From an uncultured Oligoflexus sp. (GTDB taxonomy: Bacteria; Bdellovibrionota_B; Oligoflexia; Oligoflexales; Oligoflexaceae): 14,975 nt of DNA. Position 1 is the stretch's first letter. Each line of letters begins with the position of its first letter. Made by a program: the position numbers and the translations under genes. Below the pieces are notes generated by a model. It did no database searches. It was not told the DNA's origin and worked only from the letters and a program-made list of their open reading frames with translations. Of this stretch, positions 9,699 through 14,975 are shown in pieces. The DNA lies in contig CAXSGP010000082.1 of NCBI GenBank assembly GCA_964236955.1, forward strand, positions 1-14,975, read 5' to 3'.

Positions 9699-10331
9699 AT
9701 GCCGAAGCTATTTAAAAACGCCCAGCATCAACTGCGCTTTGAGAAGGGCGTCCTCATCATCCTAATGCTGCTGCCCTTAGGTCGCCTGGGATGGCGGGCC
9801 CTTCATGAAGATTTGGGCGCCAATCCGGTTGAGACTTTGACCCATGAAAGCGGAATCTGGGCTCTTCGCATCCTACTCCTCTCACTCCTACCCACGGCTG
9901 CCAGAATCCTCTTTAGATGGAGGCGAGGCCTGTTGCACCGGCGCCTTCTGGGCCTCATGGCCTTTTTTTATGCCTGCCTGCATTTTACAACCTATCTCGT
10001 GTTCGATCAGGAACTCGACTTTAGCGATACCCTTAGCGACATCGGCAAACGCCCTTACATCACCGTTGGATTCGCGGCCCTCGTTGTTTTGGTTCCATTG
10101 GCGATCACCTCGACTCATAAGATGATGAAACGCCTCGGGGCCAAACGTTGGACCAAGCTTCATAAATTAGTTTATCTTGCGGCGATACTGGTGGTCTTAC
10201 ATTACCTATGGCTGGTTAAAAAGGATGGGTCACGCCCACTGATCTATGGAGCGGCTCTTGGCCTACTTTTAGCGATCAGAGCCTTTGATTTTTATAGACG
10301 AAAGAGCAAGCCAGCTACGCGACCAATTTAA
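9699..10331 (+). CDS. msrQ: Protein-methionine-sulfoxide reductase heme-binding membrane subunit MsrQ (YedZ)
   Basis: Motifs LGANPVE, RRLLGL...FFYACLH, KRPYITVG, LAITS and W..LHKLVY...LHY. Multiple TM helices; directly follows msrP. Confidence 0.96.
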   Translation: MPKLFKNAQHQLRFEKGVLIILMLLPLGRLGWRALHEDLGANPVETLTHESGIWALRILLLSLLPTAARILFRWRRGLLHRRLLGLMAFFYACLHFTTYLVFDQELDFSDTLSDIGKRPYITVGFAALVVLVPLAITSTHKMMKRLGAKRWTKLHKLVYLAAILVVLHYLWLVKKDGSRPLIYGAALGLLLAIRAFDFYRRKSKPATRPI

Positions 10332-10358
10332 AAAGCGAAGCACTTTCATGCTTCGCTT
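10330..10358. terminator. Hairpin terminator between msrQ and a convergent small ORF
   Basis: AAGCGAAGCA-ctttca-TGCTTCGCTT (10333-10358), a perfect 10-bp stem. The A-run on its left gives a U-tract for minus-strand transcripts. Confidence 0.7.
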
Positions 10359-10371
10359 CAGTCTTGGAGCT

Positions 10372-10515
10372 TTAGCGTCGGTATTTCGCCAAGGCCTCTT
10401 TTATCTTATCTTCTTTCGATTTGGTCGGATTTTTCCAGGCTAAATATTGTTTCCAAATTCTGTAATTATCCAGACTAACCACATTACTTTCGCTTTCATC
10501 TTCTTCGTAGTTCAT
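10372..10515 (-). CDS. Small protein, 47 aa, not in the ORF track
   Basis: MNYEEDESESNVVSLDNYRIWKQYLAWKNPTKSKEDKIKEALAKYRR*. GAGTGGGG RBS-like sequence upstream; ends just before the terminator hairpin. Alternative in-frame ATG at 10533. Confidence 0.6.
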   Translation of the reverse strand: MNYEEDESESNVVSLDNYRIWKQYLAWKNPTKSKEDKIKEALAKYRR

Positions 10516-10559
10516 GCCGCGAACCCCACTCATGTTTGGTTTCCAACTCGGAAAAGGAA

Positions 10560-10703
10560 CTATTGGAATCTTTTGTCAGCTTCGAGTCGTTCGGCTTGGC
10601 CCTCTTTAATTAAGTCGAAATAAAGGGAACTCCTAAACCTCAAAATAACCTTTGTCAACAGCTCAGCAGCTTCGGGTTTTGACCTCATCTTTCTGAAACC
10701 CAT
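10560..10703 (-). CDS. Possible small protein, 47 aa
   Basis: MGFRKMRSKPEAAELLTKVILRFRSSLYFDLIKEGQAERLEADKRFQ*. Looks helical and is co-oriented with its neighbours, but has no clear RBS. Confidence 0.3.
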   Translation of the reverse strand: MGFRKMRSKPEAAELLTKVILRFRSSLYFDLIKEGQAERLEADKRFQ

Positions 10704-10763
10704 CTATCAAAATCATACCACAGCCACCTCCAGGCGGAACTCCTTAGAAAGGCCCCCCCTTGA

Positions 10764-10976
10764 TTATTTTCCAAGCCAATTCTTTAGGCACGATTGAGCC
10801 GCCCATTGGGATCCAAAGTTGAAGAGTTCTTTTGCACACTTAGGGTTATCGATTCCAAGGCTTGGTTTGACAGCGAGCGGGTTGGGGTTGCGAGGGAAGT
10901 GAGTGCCCTTGACTCGGGATGGTGCTCGAAATTCCTCATGGATTGAGCATGCTCTTGTTCTTAACGTATTCTTCAT
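10764..10976 (-). CDS. Hypothetical small protein, 70 aa
   Basis: ATG preceded by GGGGC, with a sigma-28-like promoter about 30 nt upstream. No recognisable domain. Confidence 0.45.
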   Translation of the reverse strand: MKNTLRTRACSIHEEFRAPSRVKGTHFPRNPNPLAVKPSLGIDNPKCAKELFNFGSQWAAQSCLKNWLGK

Positions 10977-11006
10977 ATACGCCCCACGATTCGGACCTCA
11001 AGGTCT

Positions 11007-11034
11007 TTATCGGCGTTTTTTGTCGCGCGATTGA
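11007..11034 (-). promoter_or_regulatory. Putative sigma-28 (FliA)-type promoter
   Basis: On the minus strand TCAA-N16-GCCGATAA, with a perfect -10 box. Confidence 0.5.
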
Positions 11035-11247
11035 GCCGAAATTGAATAAATTTGATATTTTCAAGTCTGGCGGCCTGTTTACACCGAGGCGAAATACCTT
11101 CCTTTGATTCAAATTTCGAGATTTTAAACGCAACTGCGTATCAGTCGGACTTGCCTTCAATATGTTTTGAATCCTGGGACTAGGCAATATTTTGCTGTCA
11201 AAATGCCCTTATAATGCAGGTACAGACTATTTATGGAGAAGGCTTTC

Positions 11248-12405
11248 ATGCATATGAAGGTGTTGGCGCTGGTGCTCATAACGGCAGTATCAGGTATTTC
11301 CTGCAAGCATAGAGTCAATAATTTTCAGGAATCCAGCGAAATATCGACCGATGGCGTGGTAAAGGCACCGGCCTGCCCCTTACCAACCAATGGCACGGCA
11401 AGGTTGCCAGAGCTTTCCAGCCCTTCTGGGTTTGTTGCCCTTTCTAATCGAGGCCTTTCCAAGTTAGGGTCCTACTCCCATCGCGCCCGTGACACCATTG
11501 CAGTGCCAGGCAAACCCATATGGATCATCGCTAAGTTTACCTATGGCTATCTCGATGCTGATCTGAGAGGGGAGAAAGTTGCTATCTATCTATCCAGAGA
11601 CTGCAGTTCTCCACTGGAAAAGATAGGCGAAGCAACGACCACCAAACCGGGCGAGCATGCACCGGTGGATGGCATAATCGATGATGGGGGAAGAATATTT
11701 GTTGAACTCTCAAGTCTCGGCATCAATCGCCTTCCCGTTGGCAGGCACCGCATTCTTTTGGTGGTTCCTGGCGACAATAGCAGCACCGAGATGTTCATAG
11801 ACGTCGTTAATCCCGACACTCCATTTGTCGTGACTGAAATTGATGGAACCCTCACGGAAAGTGACTATGCTTCCGCTACTGAGGTTTATGAGCAGCCGCC
11901 TCAGGTTTACCCCGGCGCTGCCGAGGCCCTAAACGCCCTCTATGGTAAAGGCTATCACATCTTCTACCTTAGCTCACGAGCGGAATGGTTTACTCATAGA
12001 ACCCGATCGTGGCTTACGAACAACCACTTTCCGCCCGGCACTTTGCACACAACGACTTCGGTAATTGGTGCCAGAGGGGCTGCTTCCACTCGATTCAAAG
12101 GCAATGAACTGAGTCTTCTCAAAGAGAAGACAGGAGTGGTTCCCGCCATCGCTTTGGGGAATAAGGAATCCGACGTAAAGGCTTATGCGGCAGCGGGTAT
12201 TGCTCCAAGCAAATCATTCTATTACAACCTCGGTGAAGAACCATCAGCCGGCGGAATTTCTCATACCGATTATGCGGGCTTAGCCAAGACCTATGACGCT
12301 TTACCAACGAGCTGTCCAATAATTGGCCCGGTGCAATCAAGCCCGGCGCCTCAGCAGCCCGATGGCGAGCCCCAAGGCCAAAGCGAAATGATTCAATTAA
12401 AATGA
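11248..12405 (+). CDS. LNS2/PITP-C-terminal-like HAD-fold lipoprotein (Lipin/Ned1/Smp2 family)
   Basis: Signal MKVLALVLITAVSGISC. Segments HRARD...AKFTYG..D..L.GEKV, TTT...DDGGRI and L.VG.H match the region preceding LNS2 in Nir/RdgB-like proteins. HAD motifs EIDGTLT, YLSSR, FPPG and GNKESD. GGAGAAGG favours a start at 11248 or 11254 over 11233. Confidence 0.8.
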   Translation: MHMKVLALVLITAVSGISCKHRVNNFQESSEISTDGVVKAPACPLPTNGTARLPELSSPSGFVALSNRGLSKLGSYSHRARDTIAVPGKPIWIIAKFTYGYLDADLRGEKVAIYLSRDCSSPLEKIGEATTTKPGEHAPVDGIIDDGGRIFVELSSLGINRLPVGRHRILLVVPGDNSSTEMFIDVVNPDTPFVVTEIDGTLTESDYASATEVYEQPPQVYPGAAEALNALYGKGYHIFYLSSRAEWFTHRTRSWLTNNHFPPGTLHTTTSVIGARGAASTRFKGNELSLLKEKTGVVPAIALGNKESDVKAYAAAGIAPSKSFYYNLGEEPSAGGISHTDYAGLAKTYDALPTSCPIIGPVQSSPAPQQPDGEPQGQSEMIQLK

Positions 12406-12437
12406 TGGCCAGTGCCAATAGCAGGGCCACCTTTTTT
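12406..12437 (+). terminator. Probable intrinsic terminator
   Basis: Imperfect stem TGGCC..TGC-caata-GCA.GGCCA followed by CC and T6, immediately after the stop codon. Confidence 0.5.
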
Positions 12438-12564
12438 GCGGGAATGATCGAACTTTCTAGCCTGCCCAGCCCGCCTTTTCTATCCTTTTGTCGGCAAGTA
12501 CTTCGCCATCGACCGTCCCGGTTCGGCGAGGAAAGACGGGTTTGGGACCAGAAAGATCAAGCCC

Positions 12565-12699
12565 TCGCAGACCTGTTCAAGATGTGCTGCACAGGAGAAA
12601 AAGCTTCTGTCCGAACGCAGGCATCTTTGCAATAAATGTGGGCTTGACCTTGACAGAGATATACAGGACAGCTTATGTCATTTTAAATTACGCTTTGAC
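12565..12699 (+). pseudogene. tnpB: tnpB (IS200/IS605 RNA-guided nuclease) C-terminal remnant
   Basis: A start-less frame from 12565 reads SQTCSRCAAQEKKLLSERRHLCNKCGLDLDRD, matching the TnpB zinc ribbon plus RuvC-III (TSQxCxxC...LSER.HxCxxCG...DRD). After a frameshift at about 12661-12667 it continues RTAYVILNYAL (cf. NAAxNIL). The N-terminal part is missing. Confidence 0.85.
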
Positions 12700-12811
12700 G
12701 GGCTTCGTCACGGGCCAGGAACTGACCTCAGGTGTGAAGGGGAAAAACTTTTCCCCGCTGAAACACGAAACTCCACCTATAGCGTTCGACGCTTAGGTGG
12801 AAGTAGTTCAT
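12700..12811 (+). mobile_element. IS200/IS605-family right end / omegaRNA scaffold
   Basis: Hairpins GGGGAAAA-ac-TTTTCCCC (12739-12756) and TCCACCTA-t-AGCG-ttcga-CGCT-TAGGTGGA (12772-12801), then AGTAGTTCA(T). This is the typical subterminal hairpin and TTCA end downstream of tnpB. The 5' boundary is approximate. Confidence 0.75.
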
Positions 12812-13782
12812 TCGAACATAACCACATCTTTTTTACCGAGAATGGCTCTGGATTCATCGATGATGAAATCCGATGCCTGAGAGATTGTTAATTCAATTTC
12901 GCACAAGGAATTGAGAACCGTGAGTCCCAGGTAAATTGCCGAATCGATAACCTTATGAGGGACGACGTGGCGCTTCCCTATAAACACTTCGGGAAGCTTA
13001 ACGGTGGAAGCCAGGCCCAGATTGCTGAACTGCATTTTAATGCGGCTTACCAGGTGCGTCGTCACCTCGGTAACCAGTTCTATCGACACTTCCTTGGTCA
13101 GTTTGATGTTTTGATCAGGAAAAATTTTGTCGGATAGCTGCTTAAGAAAATCCAGGCTTGCCGCTATAACCATCGAACCTTTGAATTTCTCGCCTTCAAT
13201 TCCTATCAAACCACTGATGCCTGATCGTTCAATCAGCGGTGCTTTGCGTACATTCGGTTTCCCGAATTCAACCTTCTCATCGGTAAAATATAATGCCATG
13301 GCGTCCCGCACTGCGACCAATACAGCATTGAGAAGTCTGGCATCAAACATTTTTGCATGAGCTGCTTCCTGTGGACTATGAGCAGCTTGAGCGAGGCGGG
13401 ACCGATCGATATCCTCTTTGAGCGCGACCAGATTGGATTCAGGCAAGGGCTGAGTCCAGATATAACAGAGAGGATCGGAGTCCGGGCCCTTGGCACCCAA
13501 CTTAGCATCTTGAGGAAGCACTAAGATAACGGGCGTAATTTGATTGCGTCTTGAAGAGCGTACGAGCGCGAGAAATCCCTTTATTCCACCATTTCCTCCT
13601 TCACCATCGGTGAAAATCGCATCAAACTTTTCATCTGAAAAAATATTTTTGATCGATTCGAAGCCCAGAACATTTTGTACATCAGCCCAGACCTTTCGGG
13701 AAAGAAACTGGCTGGTAATCATACGCATGTCGGGATTGAACATAACGACGATAAATTTTATCTGACCCTGATTCTTAGTCAC
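12808..13782 (-). CDS. Atypical receiver domain fused to a CheX-like domain
   Basis: N-terminal receiver-like pattern (FDAIFTD, TPVILV). C-terminal CheX fold (ISGLIGIEGEKFKGSMVI, LPEVFIG). GTG at 13782 with GGAG upstream is preferred to the TTG at 13860. Confidence 0.8.
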   Translation of the reverse strand: MTKNQGQIKFIVVMFNPDMRMITSQFLSRKVWADVQNVLGFESIKNIFSDEKFDAIFTDGEGGNGGIKGFLALVRSSRRNQITPVILVLPQDAKLGAKGPDSDPLCYIWTQPLPESNLVALKEDIDRSRLAQAAHSPQEAAHAKMFDARLLNAVLVAVRDAMALYFTDEKVEFGKPNVRKAPLIERSGISGLIGIEGEKFKGSMVIAASLDFLKQLSDKIFPDQNIKLTKEVSIELVTEVTTHLVSRIKMQFSNLGLASTVKLPEVFIGKRHVVPHKVIDSAIYLGLTVLNSLCEIELTISQASDFIIDESRAILGKKDVVMFE

Positions 13783-14286
13783 CGCATTCACTCCAATACA
13801 CTGAGAACTATTTGCAGGTTGCAGCGCTATCCTTGGTTCTCTGATCGGGAGAACGAACAATGAGGAAATCTACTCAATCCCATCGTTCATCAGTATTGGA
13901 ACATGATTCGGCGAATGCAGCTTTCGATTCCATTAAAGTCTAACGAAGTTCCATCTATTTTTCAATCAAGCGCATCTATGGAAAACCTTGTCGCCTTTTA
14001 GGCCTGGCTCGACTGACAGCAGAAAAAACGCAGGTCGAAGTCTCGCCGTGGCGAGCTCATGGCTCGAAGCAGCCGTTCGAGGATTGTGATGCTAGGAAAT
14101 TGACAGGCATCTGAAGCAGCATTGCAAGCACGGAAGATTTTAAAATCAGCTCGAAGGGATTTCAGGCCGGGATGAGATTCAAATTCTTTCAGTGAGGTTC
14201 GCCCCATCGTGTGCCATTCAACAATGAAACGAGGCTGGTGGGGGATGAAGCGGCAAAGGTTTATGCTCAGGTGAATGAGTGAGCGA

Positions 14287-14352
14287 TTAACGGAAATGAC
14301 AGGCGGCGCTTACGCTGCTCGATAGTTAACGGAACCTTCGACGATGGCTTTA
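14287..14352 (-). promoter_or_regulatory. Putative tandem sigma-28-type promoters
   Basis: Minus strand TAAA-N15-TCCGTTAA (14352-14326) and a second GTAA-N15-TCCGTTAA (14313-14287). They appear on the + strand as the direct repeat TTAACGGAA at 14287 and 14326. Confidence 0.4.
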
Positions 14353-14416
14353 AAGATACAGGGAACCGGGTCGTCAGGCTGCAAACAACTCGTAATGATC
14401 CCATTTGAAAGTCATT

Positions 14417-14445
14417 AAAAAAGAAAGGCCCTTACCGGGCCTTTC
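14417..14445 (-). terminator. Intrinsic terminator of the histone-like gene
   Basis: Perfect 9-bp stem GAAAGGCCC/GGGCCTTTC (14423-14445) followed by T6 on the minus strand. Confidence 0.85.
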
Positions 14446-14496
14446 ACAAGCGTGATTTTTTTGCAAGGAGCAGATAGTATTGCTTGCTCTCAGTGC

Positions 14497-14975
14497 TTAT
14501 TTCCTCTTTGCAGCCTTAGCCTTTTTCTTGGCAGGCTTTTTCATGACCTTCTTAGCCGGTTTGTTGGCAAGCTTTGGGCTCACTTTGGACTTCGAGGCTT
14601 TCTTAACAGCCACGGCCTTCTTTGCCTTCCCTGCAGCTGGTTTTTTGGATTTAGACTTTGCGGGTTTCGCAGCTTTGGTCTTTGCAGGTTTCGCAGCTTT
14701 GGCCTTTGCAGGTTTCGCAGCTTTGGTCTTTGCAGGTTTCGCAGCTTTGGCCTTTGCAGGTTTTGCAGCTTTGGCCTTTGCAGGTTTTGCAGCTTTGTTC
14801 TTCGCTGGCTTTGAAGGTTTTGGTTTTATCTTCTTCTTCGGTTTAGCTTCGGCATCTTCATCTTCATCTTCATCTTCACCGTCACTATCTTCCTCCTCTT
14901 CGTCGTCTTCTACTTCATCTTCATCTTCATCATCTTCGTCTTCCACCTCATCTTCATCATCTTCGTCTTCTACCT
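14497..14975 (-). CDS. 3' part of a protein with an Asp/Glu tract followed by a histone H1-like Lys/Ala/Pro tail (5' truncated by the window)
   Basis: The frame stays open to the window edge (VEDEDDEDEVEDED...), so the track start at 14946 is an internal GTG. It continues with (AAKPAK[A/T]K)n and ends KKPAKKKAKAAKRK*. Confidence 0.8.
   Translation of the reverse strand, partial: VEDEDDEDEVEDEDDEDEDEVEDDEEEEDSDGEDEDEDEDAEAKPKKKIKPKPSKPAKNKAAKPAKAKAAKPAKAKAAKPAKTKAAKPAKAKAAKPAKTKAAKPAKSKSKKPAAGKAKKAVAVKKASKSKVSPKLANKPAKKVMKKPAKKKAKAAKRK
14656..14799. repeat. Coding tandem repeat, 6 x 24 bp
   Basis: Unit CTTTGC(A/G)GGTTT(C/T)GCAGCTTTG(G/T)(T/C), encoding (A/T/N)KAAKPAK on the minus strand. Confidence 0.9.

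Noticed and set aside
8712..10331. msrPQ as part of the putative lipid-transfer operon
   Set aside because: Separated by a terminator and about 300 bp containing its own TATAAT (8644-8649). msrPQ is a common stand-alone module.
10630..10658. Minus-strand TTGACA as a sigma-70 promoter
   Set aside because: The hexamer at 17-nt spacing is TAGGAG, a poor -10 box, so it is not supportable.
12402..12796. Track ORFs 12402-12635 and 12488-12796 as real genes
   Set aside because: They are alternative frames across the tnpB remnant. The TnpB motifs lie in a third, start-less frame, and only the post-frameshift tail falls in the 12488 ORF.
14656..14799. Regular 24-bp repeats as a possible CRISPR array
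   Set aside because: The units are contiguous with no unique spacers, and they are in-frame coding repeats of the Lys/Ala tail.
14452..14846. Plus-strand ORFs with CRFRSFGL or VSQLWPLQ repeats
   Set aside because: They are antisense translations of the AKPAKAKA repeat. Variation between units is mostly synonymous or conservative in the minus-strand frame.

Overview
Bacterial chromosomal window. The gene content (hybrid malic enzyme, receiver-CheX fusion, LNS2 lipoprotein, many 'SCK' lipoproteins) suggests Bdellovibrionota/Oligoflexia or a related delta-proteobacterial lineage; this is inference. In order, it holds a PhnB/VOC-family gene (-), maeB (-), a di-heme cytochrome c lipoprotein (+), two large unannotated co-oriented genes (4596-6419, 6542-8410), msrPQ (+), a run of small minus-strand ORFs, an LNS2/HAD-like lipoprotein (+), a decayed tnpB fragment with an apparently intact IS200/IS605 right end, a degenerate receiver-CheX gene (-), and the 3' end of an acidic plus histone H1-like protein (-). 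The main candidate is the 4596-8410 pair. By motif pattern it looks like a eukaryotic large lipid transfer protein (MTP/vitellogenin/apoB) split into two genes in reversed order: a lipoprotein carrying the lipid-binding beta-sheets and a membrane-anchored protein carrying the beta-barrel and helical domains. All homology calls are by eye and need HMM or structure confirmation.
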